A stretch of 64,000 bases of DNA from Nitrospirota bacterium (GTDB lineage Bacteria > Nitrospirota > JACRHJ01). Where the stretch lies: assembly GCA_963845245.1 (NCBI GenBank), contig CAWJRJ010000014.1:32001-96000 (forward strand). Reading direction: 5' to 3'. The position numbers and the translations under genes were made by a program. Numbering within the stretch: position 1 is the stretch's first letter; each line of letters begins with the position of its first letter. Below are positions 20,487 to 32,044 of the stretch, piece after piece. Below the pieces are notes generated by a model that saw only the letters and a program-made list of their open reading frames with translations, did not search any database and was not told where the DNA came from.

Positions 20487-22981
20487 TGGTGGACGCCGGG
20501 TCTTTTATCAGGAAAAATTTAATTCTTTGGGCAGTCCTTCTCGCTTTTATTGCCGGCTGCGCTGGGGGTGCGCCCTCAGTCAAGCAGGGCAGCGGCGAAC
20601 AGCTTGCACAACTCAAGAATATCGAGGTTAAGGAGACCCCTGACAGTGTTATCGTCGTTATTTCTACCGATAAGCCCGTAAGCTTTACTTCTGTCAAGAT
20701 AAACGAACCTCCGAAAATGGTAATAGACCTGGCAGGGGCGGACCCTACATCCGTCAAGGGGCCGATAAAGGTCGGCACGGGCGGAATTGATTACATAACC
20801 ACTTCGGCGGTTGCCGGATCAAAGAAGCTTGTGCGCCTTGAGGTTGGGATGAACGCGCTTCTTGCGTCTAAAACGGCGCAGGATGGAGGGACGATCAACA
20901 TTGTATTTGAGAAAAAACCGGTATCCGCAACAAATGTCAATGCCCCAGCTTCTCCCACCGAAAAGGTAGAGGCAGCGGAAACGGCCAATGCTTCTGGGAC
21001 CCAGGCGACTGTCACCAAGACTGAAAGGGTTGTAAAGGAGTCTGCCTCAGAGGTTAAGGCTGCTGCTGTTGTCTCGCCAGCCACAGATTTACCGCAGGCC
21101 AGAAGGGTCAGCAATGTCACCTTTTCGAAAATTGGCGAGGGATTCCAGGTCAGGATTGAAGGCGACGGCAGAATCGGCAAAAGGGAAGTTTTCAAGCTGG
21201 GCGGAGACAGGCTTGTAGTTGACCTTCCGGCTATGGGTTCGCCAAAGGAGAAGCTTGTCCTTGATGTAGGTGGAAGATGCCTGAAGAAGGTCAGGATGGC
21301 AAGGCATCAGGCACCCCAAAAGGTACGCGTTGTGCTGGACCTTGGCTGTGCTGTGGATTATGACGTAAAGGACGATGGCAAGGCTCTTGTTGTCTCCGTC
21401 GCACCTGTGGGCACGTTGAAGACCGCGATGGCAGCGCCACAGGGTCCTGCCAAAGCAGAGCCGGCGAAGGCGGCGGCTCCTGCCGGGACCGCCAAAGCGG
21501 GTAAGCCCGTTGCCGTTGCAAAGTCCGAAGCAAAATCGTCGTCTTCCAAGCCGGCTGCACCTATAAGCGTATATATATCCAAAACGGACGGCAAGTCAGT
21601 CCTTTCTTCTGCACCGATAGAGACATCTGCGGGAACGTCGAAGGCAGGGGGCGAGACCAAGAGCTACGTGGAGACCCCCACGAAGATATATACCGGAGGC
21701 AAAATTTCGTTTGATATCCAGGATGCCGATGTTGCCAAGGTTATACAGCTTCTGGCCGATGTTGCAGGGCTTAACCTTGTGATCGACCCCGCAGAGGTCA
21801 AGGGCAAGGTCACGCTCAAGCTCACTGAAGTGCCCTGGGACCAGGCGCTCGATATAATCATGAGGATATACAACCTGGACAAAATAGTGGAAGGCAACGT
21901 CATGAGGGTTGCCGCAAAGTCAAAGTTTGACGACGAGAAGCGGAAGGACCTTCTACAGGTGGCCGAGCAGAGGAAACTTGAACAACAGGCAGAAGACCTC
22001 TATACCAAGACTTTCAAGCTCAACTACTCGACTGCAGCCGACCTTGAAACCAAGATAAAAAAGATACTGACTCCTCGCGGCGATGCTACTGCAAACCCGC
22101 GCACGAACGAGCTTATCGTTACGGATACCAAATCCACCATGGAGAAGGCTGAGCAGCTCATCAAGATGCTGGACAAGGAAGTAGACCAGGTACTGATAGA
22201 GGCAAGGATAGTGACCGTGGACGTAGGTTACAGCCAGAGCCTAGGCGTTTCCTGGGGTATAAGGAAAAACAGCGGGCCCAAGGGCTCCAACCCAGGCTTT
22301 GGTTTTGTCCAGGGCACCGGGGATCAAGGCTCAGGCGGGTCAAGTCTTGCGGTTGGCGCGGAAGGGCCTAATGGCTCTCATTCATATACACTGGACCTTC
22401 CGAAAGAGCTTTTCGCATCGGCAGGCGGGGTATTGGGCGCTATGACCTTTGGAAACGTTCTGAAAGACATCAACCTCGACCTCACAATATCGGCTCTCGA
22501 ATCCATAGACAAGGCCGAGACGCTTGCCAGCCCGAAGGTTTTCACGCTTGAGAACCAGGCAGCTACTATAACGTCAGGTACGACGCTGTACGTCCAGACC
22601 ACGTCTTCGACAGGTACAAAACCCGAGCCCTTGAACGCAAACTTGAGCCTAACCGTAACCCCCCGGATAACCGGCGACAACTGCATCATGATGGAAGTCA
22701 CCGCTACCAATAACCAGGCTATTACCAACCCGCCGGCCGGCTCGACCGCAGCCATCAATACCCAGGCTGTAACGACGAACGTACTGGTTAGAAACGGCGA
22801 CACGATCGTCCTTGGAGGCATATACACCAAGAACAAATCAACCGGAGACGCGCATATCCCGCTGCTTGGCAGGATACCCATAATCAAGTACCTGTTCAGC
22901 AACAACACATGGTTTGACAAGACCTCGGAGCTTCTGATATTCATCACTCCAAAGCTGGTGAAACAGACCAACCAAGTTTAG
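20486..22981 (+). CDS. pilQ: type IV pilus secretin PilQ (lipoprotein with AMIN-like domains)
   Basis: Lipobox IAGC; VPWDQALD, VLIEARIV, GDTIVLGG, IPLLGRIPII, ELLIFITP. Confidence 0.95.
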   Translation: MVDAGSFIRKNLILWAVLLAFIAGCAGGAPSVKQGSGEQLAQLKNIEVKETPDSVIVVISTDKPVSFTSVKINEPPKMVIDLAGADPTSVKGPIKVGTGGIDYITTSAVAGSKKLVRLEVGMNALLASKTAQDGGTINIVFEKKPVSATNVNAPASPTEKVEAAETANASGTQATVTKTERVVKESASEVKAAAVVSPATDLPQARRVSNVTFSKIGEGFQVRIEGDGRIGKREVFKLGGDRLVVDLPAMGSPKEKLVLDVGGRCLKKVRMARHQAPQKVRVVLDLGCAVDYDVKDDGKALVVSVAPVGTLKTAMAAPQGPAKAEPAKAAAPAGTAKAGKPVAVAKSEAKSSSSKPAAPISVYISKTDGKSVLSSAPIETSAGTSKAGGETKSYVETPTKIYTGGKISFDIQDADVAKVIQLLADVAGLNLVIDPAEVKGKVTLKLTEVPWDQALDIIMRIYNLDKIVEGNVMRVAAKSKFDDEKRKDLLQVAEQRKLEQQAEDLYTKTFKLNYSTAADLETKIKKILTPRGDATANPRTNELIVTDTKSTMEKAEQLIKMLDKEVDQVLIEARIVTVDVGYSQSLGVSWGIRKNSGPKGSNPGFGFVQGTGDQGSGGSSLAVGAEGPNGSHSYTLDLPKELFASAGGVLGAMTFGNVLKDINLDLTISALESIDKAETLASPKVFTLENQAATITSGTTLYVQTTSSTGTKPEPLNANLSLTVTPRITGDNCIMMEVTATNNQAITNPPAGSTAAINTQAVTTNVLVRNGDTIVLGGIYTKNKSTGDAHIPLLGRIPIIKYLFSNNTWFDKTSELLIFITPKLVKQTNQV

Positions 22982-23006
22982 CTTGAAAAATTAATAGATT
23001 AGGTTT

Positions 23007-23039
23007 AAAATGCGCCCTTAGTACGGGCGCATTTTTTTT
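23007..23039 (+). terminator. intrinsic terminator after pilQ
   Basis: AAAATGCGCCC-TTAGTAC-GGGCGCATTTT followed by T tract. Confidence 0.8.
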
Positions 23040-23054
23040 AATCCGGAGCATGAA

Positions 23055-24215
23055 ATGCTTAGATACCTTACAGCGGGCGAATCCCACGGCCCTGAGCTTG
23101 TGGCCATTGTCGAGGGCCTGCCGGCAGGCCTGGCGGTTACCGAAGAGATGATAGGTCACGACCTCGTCCGGCGCCAGCAAGGCTATGGACGTGGCGGCAG
23201 GATGAAGATAGAGAAGGACCGGGCCCGTATAGTATCCGGGGTCAGGTGGGGGAGGACACTCGGAAGCCCGGTAGGGCTTATTGTGGAAAACAGGGACTGG
23301 GCCAACTGGCAGGAAAAGATGTCGGCCGACCCGGCGCATGCCGGCTCAATGGAAGCAGTCACCCGCCCGAGACCCGGCCACGCTGACCTTACAGGCATGC
23401 TTAAATATGGTCATACCGACGCGAGGAACGTCCTTGAGCGCTCAAGCGCCAGGGAGACAGCGGCACGCGTCGCGGTAGGTGCGGTTGCCAAGGCGCTCCT
23501 CTCTGAGTTTGGGATAAAGGTCATGGGATGGGTTACTGAAATAGGCGGAGTAGCTGCTGGTGAATTTGACGGCAGGGCCGAGGTTCTAGGCAAAAAGGCC
23601 GAGGCATCCGAAGTGCGATGCCCCGATGAAAACGCCTCTCGCAGCATGATGAAAGCCATAGATCGAGCCAAGAAGGTCGGGGACTCGCTTGGCGGCGTGT
23701 TCGAGATTATTGTAACTGGTTGCCCTCCTGGGCTTGGCAGCTATGTACAGCGCGACAGGACGCTCGACGGCCTTTTGGCTGGCGCCATTATGAGCATACA
23801 GGCCATGAAGGGGGTTGAAGTCGGCATGGGGTTCGACGCCGCGAGAAGGCCCGGTTCCCAGGTACATGACGAGATCTTTTATAATGCCAAAAAGGGCTTT
23901 TTCAGGAAGACGAACCATGCCGGCGGCATCGAGGGGGGCATGTCGAACGGCTCGGATATAATCATCCGCGCGGCAATGAAGCCGATTCCTACGCTTTACA
24001 AGCCGCTTCAGTCTGTAGATATCGTGAGCAGGAAGGCGTTCAAGGCTTCTGTGGAGCGTTCCGATACATGTGCGGTCCCTGCGGCCGCCGTAGTCGGCGA
24101 GGCAGTCGCTGCGTTTGTCATCGCGCAGGCCATGACCGAGAAATTCGGCGGAGACAGCATGGCTGAGATGAAACGGAATTTTGAAGGCTATCTCGAATAT
24201 ATTAAAAAGTTCTAA
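23055..24215 (+). CDS. aroC: chorismate synthase
   Basis: [32 protein letters not shown]. Confidence 0.97.
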   Translation: MLRYLTAGESHGPELVAIVEGLPAGLAVTEEMIGHDLVRRQQGYGRGGRMKIEKDRARIVSGVRWGRTLGSPVGLIVENRDWANWQEKMSADPAHAGSMEAVTRPRPGHADLTGMLKYGHTDARNVLERSSARETAARVAVGAVAKALLSEFGIKVMGWVTEIGGVAAGEFDGRAEVLGKKAEASEVRCPDENASRSMMKAIDRAKKVGDSLGGVFEIIVTGCPPGLGSYVQRDRTLDGLLAGAIMSIQAMKGVEVGMGFDAARRPGSQVHDEIFYNAKKGFFRKTNHAGGIEGGMSNGSDIIIRAAMKPIPTLYKPLQSVDIVSRKAFKASVERSDTCAVPAAAVVGEAVAAFVIAQAMTEKFGGDSMAEMKRNFEGYLEYIKKF

Positions 24216-24297
24216 ACCTTACTTTCTTTTCAGGAGAAAAGAAAGTAACAAAGAAAAGCCATTACTTGAAAATTAAACGGGCGGGACTTGAGGCTTA

Positions 24298-24819
24298 ATG
24301 GCCAGGAACATTACCCTCGTAGGTTTCATGGGCACAGGTAAGACGACCGTAGGCAGGATACTGGCCGAACGGCTAGGCTATACGTTTGTGGATGTCGACC
24401 ACGAGATAGAGATGGAGCAGGGCGTAACAATATCGCACATATTCTCGGAGCTTGGTGAACCCTACTTCCGGATGCTTGAGCGCGATATGATAAAGGCGCT
24501 TAGCAGGCAGGAGGGGCTTATCATATCGGCTGGCGGCGGCGCTGTGCTGGACACCCGTAACGTGGACGACCTCGGGCGCAGTGGCCCTGTTGTCTGCCTG
24601 TCGGCAAAGCCCGATGAGATACTGAAAAGGGTTGGCGGTACGGAAACAAGGCCGCTGCTCCAGGTGCCGGACCCTTTGGCGAAGATCACCGAGATGCTTG
24701 AGGCGCGTGCGCCTTTTTATGCGCGCGCTGATTGCACTATAGATACATCCGGGCTTTCTCCGCAGGAAGTCGCCGGTATAATAATAAAGAAGACTGGTTT
24801 ACAGACGGGAGTAAAATGA
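24298..24819 (+). CDS. aroK: shikimate kinase
   Basis: GFMGTGKT P-loop, GGG, RPLL. Confidence 0.95.
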   Translation: MARNITLVGFMGTGKTTVGRILAERLGYTFVDVDHEIEMEQGVTISHIFSELGEPYFRMLERDMIKALSRQEGLIISAGGGAVLDTRNVDDLGRSGPVVCLSAKPDEILKRVGGTETRPLLQVPDPLAKITEMLEARAPFYARADCTIDTSGLSPQEVAGIIIKKTGLQTGVK

Positions 24820-25907
24820 CGGACGCAAGGATTCTGGAAACCGTGCGGGTGGAACTGGGCGAGCGGTCCTACGATATTGAGATAGGCCAGGGCAATCTCG
24901 GAGTGGTTGGCGAAAAGATGAAGGCGTTAGGCCTTTCTGGTCGTGTCGGCATAGTCACCAACGACACCGTTTCGCCGCTATATGCGCGTATGGTATCTGA
25001 ATCCATAAGGGCTGCCGGGATAGAGCCCGTCCTGCTTGTCATCCCGGATGGCGAGGAGTATAAGTCGCTCCCCTGGGCGTCACACCTCTTCGACAGGCTG
25101 CTCTCGATGCGGTTCGACAGGAAGTGCGCGCTGGTTGCGCTTGGTGGAGGGGTCATAGGCGACCTCACAGGCTTTGTCGCCGCGTCGTATATGCGAGGTA
25201 TCCCGTTCGTCCAGGTGCCGACGACACTCCTTTCGCAGGTAGACTCATCAGTGGGCGGCAAGACCGGCGTTAACCACCCGCTTGGGAAGAACATGATCGG
25301 CGCATTTTACCAGCCGGTACACGTATGCGCGGACGTGACCACGCTTGACACCCTGCCGCAGGAGGAGTTCCTCTCGGGTATGGCTGAGGTGGTCAAGTAC
25401 GGCGTTATATACGACGTCGCATTCTTTGATTACATAGAGAAAAACCGCGAGGCCATACTGAAAAAGGAACCTGCAGCACTCTGCTACATCATAAAACGCT
25501 CTTGCGAGATAAAGGCAGAGGTGGTGGGAAAGGACGAGCGCGAGTCCGGGCTTCGGGCCATACTCAATTTTGGCCATACCGTCGGCCACGCAGTCGAAGC
25601 GCTAACCAACTACACCGGCCACAGGCATGGCGAGGCGGTATCGATCGGCATGGTGATGGCCGCGAGGCTTTCTCACAAGACGGGTCTATGCGGACGGGAG
25701 GTCGAGGCAAGGGTCGAGGCGCTTCTCTCCGCGCTCGGGCTGCCGGTCAAGATGCCCGCGCTTGAGCCGTCCGCTGTGCTGTCTGCAATAGGGCTCGACA
25801 AAAAATCGGAGGGCGGGAAGGTCAAGTTCGTCCTGCCGAAAAAAATAGGCGAAGTGGTTATTACGAACCAGTGGGAAGAAGATAAACTTGTGGAGGCATT
25901 AAGGTAG
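24816..25907 (+). CDS. aroB: 3-dehydroquinate synthase
   Basis: GGGVIGDL, PTTLLSQVDSSVGGKT, LNFGHT; ATG overlaps the aroK stop. Confidence 0.96.
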   Translation: MTDARILETVRVELGERSYDIEIGQGNLGVVGEKMKALGLSGRVGIVTNDTVSPLYARMVSESIRAAGIEPVLLVIPDGEEYKSLPWASHLFDRLLSMRFDRKCALVALGGGVIGDLTGFVAASYMRGIPFVQVPTTLLSQVDSSVGGKTGVNHPLGKNMIGAFYQPVHVCADVTTLDTLPQEEFLSGMAEVVKYGVIYDVAFFDYIEKNREAILKKEPAALCYIIKRSCEIKAEVVGKDERESGLRAILNFGHTVGHAVEALTNYTGHRHGEAVSIGMVMAARLSHKTGLCGREVEARVEALLSALGLPVKMPALEPSAVLSAIGLDKKSEGGKVKFVLPKKIGEVVITNQWEEDKLVEALR

Positions 25908-25909
25908 TA

Positions 25910-26269
25910 ATGAAATACAACGTATACAAGAGCCATTTGATGGAAGACTGTTACATGTTCACCGACGCGAGCAAGCCAATGCCGGAAGCCATATCGCCCA
26001 TGTTTTACGGCGAGGACGGCCTGCCTCCCGGGATGATGCCGGAGGCGATATGGGACGAGTTCGAGGGCGAGCCCATGACGGCGGTCGTAGTCAAGGATGA
26101 CGGCGAGGTAGTGGACGTGAAGACTGACGCGATAATAGATGTTGACCCTGTCGAGATGGCGGCTGACGTCGCCAAAGACGGCTACTACATCGTGGAGCAG
26201 TGCAAGATAGAGTCCTACAAGGAGTTCTGCATCAGGCACGGGTACAGCTACCACGGGGACGAGAGCTAA
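25910..26269 (+). CDS. acidic hypothetical protein, possibly YcgL-like
   Basis: YNVYKS..YMF..MPEA..GYYI resembles YcgL-domain motifs (by eye). Confidence 0.55.
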   Translation: MKYNVYKSHLMEDCYMFTDASKPMPEAISPMFYGEDGLPPGMMPEAIWDEFEGEPMTAVVVKDDGEVVDVKTDAIIDVDPVEMAADVAKDGYYIVEQCKIESYKEFCIRHGYSYHGDES

Positions 26270-26293
26270 AAGTAACCTTTAAACAATATTGCA

Positions 26294-26321
26294 GGGGCCG
26301 ACCTTCGTGTCGGCCCTTTTT
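26294..26321 (+). terminator. intrinsic terminator
   Basis: GGGCCGAC-CTTCGT-GTCGGCCC then TTTTT. Confidence 0.8.
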
Positions 26322-26334
26322 GTAGATTATTACC

Positions 26335-26393
26335 TGCTCATTCTGTACGCACCTGCCTATATTTTAATCACGATATTGCCTAGATAATAATCA
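26335..26393. promoter_or_regulatory. putative NtrC-type enhancer sites (three 17-mers)
   Basis: TGCTCATTCTGTACGCA, TGCCTATATTTTAATCA, TGCCTAGATAATAATCA upstream of the sigma54 motif. Confidence 0.5.
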
Positions 26394-26454
26394 ATTCGCA
26401 CCATCAACAATCTCTGATTTCTGAAAAAACAGCCACTTACAAAAGGACACACCC

Positions 26455-26472
26455 TCGGCATATTCCTTGCAA
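26455..26472 (+). promoter_or_regulatory. sigma54 (-24/-12) promoter of amt
   Basis: TCGGCATATTCCTTGCAA contains GG-N10-GC with TTGC. Confidence 0.75.
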
Positions 26473-26516
26473 CTGTCCTATGAAGCAGTTTTCTTTAAAA
26501 ATCAAGGAGGGTCGAG

Positions 26517-28174
<1,658 letters not shown>

Positions 28175-28213
28175 TTAGCAGGGAGCAGGTATTATTTAAA
28201 CTTGGAGGAAAAG

Positions 28214-29626
28214 ATGACACCGAAACAAGTAGTTGAGATGGCAAAGAAGAACGGAGCGGTAATGGTCGACATGAAGTTCATGGACTTCCCCGGCCTGTGG
28301 CAGCATTTCTCTGTCCCTGTGGACGAGCTTACGGAAGCGATATTCAGCGATGGTCTTGGTTTTGACGGCTCCTCGATACGCGGCTGGAAGTCGATACACA
28401 CCTCGGACATGCTCGTCGTGCCCGACCCGAACACGGCCGTAATGGACCCGTTCACCCAGTATCCGACGCTTTCCCTCATATGCAACGTAATCGACCCCAT
28501 CACCAAGGAAAACTACGACCGCGACCCGCGCTACATAGCGATCAAGGCCGAGAATTACATGAAGTCCACCAAGATCGCGGACACCGCGTACTTCGGCCCC
28601 GAGGCGGAGTTCTTCATCCTTGACGACGTCATGTTCGACCAGACCTCGAACTCCGGCTACTACTTCATAGACTCATCCGAAGGCATCTGGAACTCAGGCC
28701 GCGAGGAAGGCCCGAACCTGGGCTTCAAGCCGCGCCACAAGGAAGGCTACTTCCCCGTCCCGCCGACGGACTCCCAGGAGGATATCCGCACCGAGATGGT
28801 ACTGGAGATGCAGAAGGTCGGCATCTATATCGAGCGCCAGCACCACGAGGTCGCTACCGCCGGACAGGCCGAGATCGACATGCGTTTCAACTCGATGGTC
28901 AAGATGGCCGACGAGCTTATGTACTTCAAGTACATCGTGAAGAACGTCGCAAGGCGCAACGGCAAGACCGCTACCTTCATGCCGAAGCCGCTCTTCGGCG
29001 ACAACGGCTCCGGCATGCACGTCCACCAGTCCCTCTGGAAGGGCGGCAAGCCCCTCTTCGCGGGCGACGGCTATGCAGGCCTGTCCAAGATGGCGCTCTA
29101 CTACATCGGCGGCGTCCTGAAGCACGCGAAGGCCCTGGCGGCCCTCACCAACCCGACCACCAACTCCTACAAGAGGCTGGTGCCGGGCTTCGAGGCCCCG
29201 GTCAACCTGGCGTACTCCGGCCGTAACCGCTCGGCCTCCATACGTATCCCGATGTACTCGCCCTCGCCGAAGGCGAAGCGCGTAGAGGTCCGTTTCCCGG
29301 ACCCGTCCTGCAACGGCTACATGGCCTTCGCCGCCATGCTGATGGCAGGTCTTGACGGCATAGAGAACAAGATCGACCCGGGCGAGCCGCTTGACAAGGA
29401 CATCTACGACCTCGGGCCTGAGGAGCTTGCGCAGGTCCCGTCGATGCCGGGTTCCCTCGAGGACGCGCTGGACGCGCTCGAGGCCGACCACGACTTCCTG
29501 CTCAAGGGCGACGTCTTCACGAAGGACACCATCGAGACCTGGATCTCCTACAAGAGGAGCAAAGAGGTCGACGCCTTAAGGCTCAGGCCGCACCCGTACG
29601 AGTTCTTCCTGTACTACGACATATAA
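28214..29626 (+). CDS. glnA: glutamine synthetase type I
   Basis: [39 protein letters not shown]. Confidence 0.98.
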   Translation: MTPKQVVEMAKKNGAVMVDMKFMDFPGLWQHFSVPVDELTEAIFSDGLGFDGSSIRGWKSIHTSDMLVVPDPNTAVMDPFTQYPTLSLICNVIDPITKENYDRDPRYIAIKAENYMKSTKIADTAYFGPEAEFFILDDVMFDQTSNSGYYFIDSSEGIWNSGREEGPNLGFKPRHKEGYFPVPPTDSQEDIRTEMVLEMQKVGIYIERQHHEVATAGQAEIDMRFNSMVKMADELMYFKYIVKNVARRNGKTATFMPKPLFGDNGSGMHVHQSLWKGGKPLFAGDGYAGLSKMALYYIGGVLKHAKALAALTNPTTNSYKRLVPGFEAPVNLAYSGRNRSASIRIPMYSPSPKAKRVEVRFPDPSCNGYMAFAAMLMAGLDGIENKIDPGEPLDKDIYDLGPEELAQVPSMPGSLEDALDALEADHDFLLKGDVFTKDTIETWISYKRSKEVDALRLRPHPYEFFLYYDI

Positions 29627-29683
29627 GCCGCATGCGGCAAAATATAAAAAGCCCCCCCGGAAACGGGGGGGCTTTTTTTTGTG
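29627..29683 (+). terminator. small hairpin plus bidirectional terminator (copy 1 of a ~56 bp repeat)
   Basis: GCCGCATGCGGC; AAAAAGCCCCCCCG-GAAA-CGGGGGGGCTTTTTTTT. Confidence 0.85.
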
Positions 29684-29734
29684 ATTGGTATTTTTAGATT
29701 TAAAAGATACTGGTTATTGGCTATTATGTATCAC

Positions 29735-31588
29735 ATGAAGAAAAAATTTATCGCCATAGAATCTCTCAAAAACATGCGCGCCATGCATGTCCTTACCTTG
29801 ATAATCCTCTCCATCGCAGTATACTTAAACGCCCTCCAGAACGGTTTTGTATACGACGACACCGACCAGGTGCTCCGTAACCCCTGGATAAAGGACATTG
29901 CCAACATACCGGCGATATTCAGTACGGGTGTATGGGGTTTTCAAGGTTACGTCTCAAACTATTACCGCCCGGTCATGCACCTTCTATATATGCTCGATTA
30001 TCACCTTTTCGGATTCGCCCCATGGGGCTTCCATCTTGTAAACATAATCCTGCACACAACAAACTGCGTACTTGTCTTCCTGGTAACGGAACGGCTCCTC
30101 AGGGACTACCATACAGACGTTTCGCCTGCTGTGCTTTCGGTACCGTTCATGGCCGCCGTTATCTTTGCAGTCCACCCGGTCCATACTGAAGCGGTTACAT
30201 GGGTTGCTGGTGTGCCGGACCTCTCCTACGTAATGTTCTTCCTACTTGCTTTTTACCTGTACATAGGTTCACGGCGCGAAGGTGGCGAAGCGAATAAATG
30301 GTTTACACTCTTGTCTGTCGCCTCATTCTTTGTTGCAATGCTCTGCAAGGAGCCGGCTATCACCCTTCCCGCCATCCTGTTGGGCTTCGACTATGCCGTT
30401 GATAAACGCAAAGACCGGCTGGTCGTATATTTCAGAAGGTATCTGCCGTACCTGCTGGCTATTTGTGTTTACCTTTTTGTGAGGTCTTCGGTCCTCGGAG
30501 GTTTTTCACCTGACAAGCCGCACTGGAAGTTAGGTGCTTACCTTGACATCGTCAATACCTTCCCGCTTTTCAGTGGTTATCTTGGAAAACTCTTTCTCCC
30601 TTTGAACTTGAACTTCTTTTATGTGTTTCATCCCGCTTCATCCGTGTTAGAGGCAAAGGTGTTGCTCTCTGTTCTAATAACTGCAGCCTTTGTGGTTGTC
30701 CTTTTCGCATCGCTTAAGAAGCGGTCGTTGATATCACTAGCCCTTATCCTGATAGTTGTCCCTCTCCTTCCCGTCATGTACATCCCGGGACTAGGCAAAG
30801 CTGTTTTTACGGAGCGATATCTTTACCTTCCGGTCTTCGGGTTCGCCCTGCTCCTGCCGCTGATGGGTAACCATATCGCCGCGAGAAGGCCGTCCACATC
30901 GAGGCTTCTTGCCGTCTGTTTTATTGGATTAATTGCGTTTTATTCGGTGGCGACCATCTCCAGGAACAGGGTATGGAAGGATGATTACACTCTTTTTTCC
31001 GACACCGTCAGAAAATCACCCGATGGTGCGTTGCCGCACGATACGTTGGGGGTGGCGCTATTCAAGATGGGGCGGGTTGACGAGGCGATAACCGAGCACA
31101 AAACCGCCATCAGACTGGAAGATGACAGTGCGTTGCCGCATGTTAACCTTGCCGCCGCCTATATTAGCAAGGACATGCTGGACGACGCCTTAAATGAGTG
31201 TAATATTGCGCTGAAGCTGGAGCAGGAGAACGGCTTGGCCTACAACCTTCTGGGCGTTATCTATGGCAGGAGAGGGCAGACGGACAAGGCGATCGAGATG
31301 CTGCAGACGTCGATTACAATCAATTCCGGCTTTGCTCAGGCCCATAATAATCTTGGCATCGTATACGGGGAGAAGGGCCTGATGGATAAGGCCGTGGCCG
31401 AGTTTCAGGCGGCCTTGAACATCGAACCGGGTTATGCAGAGGCCCACAGTAACCTCGGGATCACGTATAATATTATGGGCCAGACGGACAAGGCGGTGGA
31501 GCAGTTCAGGGCGGCGCTCAGGCTTGACCCTAACGATGCGATATCAAAGAAGAACTTAAACGAGATCCTTCAACAAAACAATCATTGA
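29735..31588 (+). CDS. TMTC-like membrane protein with TPRs (third paralog)
   Basis: FVYDD, YYRP, HPVHTEAV, ERYLYLP, TPR repeats; start codon uncertain (29681-29774). Confidence 0.85.
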   Translation: MKKKFIAIESLKNMRAMHVLTLIILSIAVYLNALQNGFVYDDTDQVLRNPWIKDIANIPAIFSTGVWGFQGYVSNYYRPVMHLLYMLDYHLFGFAPWGFHLVNIILHTTNCVLVFLVTERLLRDYHTDVSPAVLSVPFMAAVIFAVHPVHTEAVTWVAGVPDLSYVMFFLLAFYLYIGSRREGGEANKWFTLLSVASFFVAMLCKEPAITLPAILLGFDYAVDKRKDRLVVYFRRYLPYLLAICVYLFVRSSVLGGFSPDKPHWKLGAYLDIVNTFPLFSGYLGKLFLPLNLNFFYVFHPASSVLEAKVLLSVLITAAFVVVLFASLKKRSLISLALILIVVPLLPVMYIPGLGKAVFTERYLYLPVFGFALLLPLMGNHIAARRPSTSRLLAVCFIGLIAFYSVATISRNRVWKDDYTLFSDTVRKSPDGALPHDTLGVALFKMGRVDEAITEHKTAIRLEDDSALPHVNLAAAYISKDMLDDALNECNIALKLEQENGLAYNLLGVIYGRRGQTDKAIEMLQTSITINSGFAQAHNNLGIVYGEKGLMDKAVAEFQAALNIEPGYAEAHSNLGITYNIMGQTDKAVEQFRAALRLDPNDAISKKNLNEILQQNNH

Positions 31589-31611
31589 CACACCCCGTAA
31601 GTAACGGATGT

Positions 31612-31666
31612 GCCGCTTGCGGCAAGATATTAAAAAGCCCCTTCGAAAGAAGGGGCTTTTTTTGTG
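31612..31666. terminator. small hairpin plus bidirectional terminator (copy 2)
   Basis: GCCGCTTGCGGC; AAAAAGCCCCTTC-GAAA-GAAGGGGCTTTTTTT between convergent genes. Confidence 0.85.
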
Positions 31667-31689
31667 CGGGTGTCGATGTTATAAGGCAG

Positions 31690-31887
31690 TCAATATTTTG
31701 CCGCGTGGTTTACGTAGAAGTCGCATTTGCGGCAGAAGCTGATCTTTTCCATGACAGTCGCCATCGCGATCTTGCCGTTGTCGCACATGGTGCCTGTCAC
31801 CTTCCAGCATTCGAGCCCATTGTCCGGGTATGCCGGACACGCAACCCTGGCCTTGTCGCTGCAGGCCTTGTATTCCCAGCAGTCCAT
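31690..31887 (-). CDS. stand-alone Cys-rich two-CW-motif protein (65 aa)
   Basis: RBS AGGAGG; MDCWEYKAC..CPAY..CWKVTGTMC..CRKCDFY. Confidence 0.85.
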   Translation of the reverse strand: MDCWEYKACSDKARVACPAYPDNGLECWKVTGTMCDNGKIAMATVMEKISFCRKCDFYVNHAAKY

Positions 31888-32044
31888 ATCAGACCTCCTG
31901 TTAATTTCGATACAATTTACTAATATCCTGTCGTGTAATGTCAACTTGAATAATCAACTATAGTCTGCTTGATAATCATAGCTTTAATGCACGCGGGGGC
32001 GGTGATATAATATGAATATAACCCTTGAAATACGGAGGGATATT

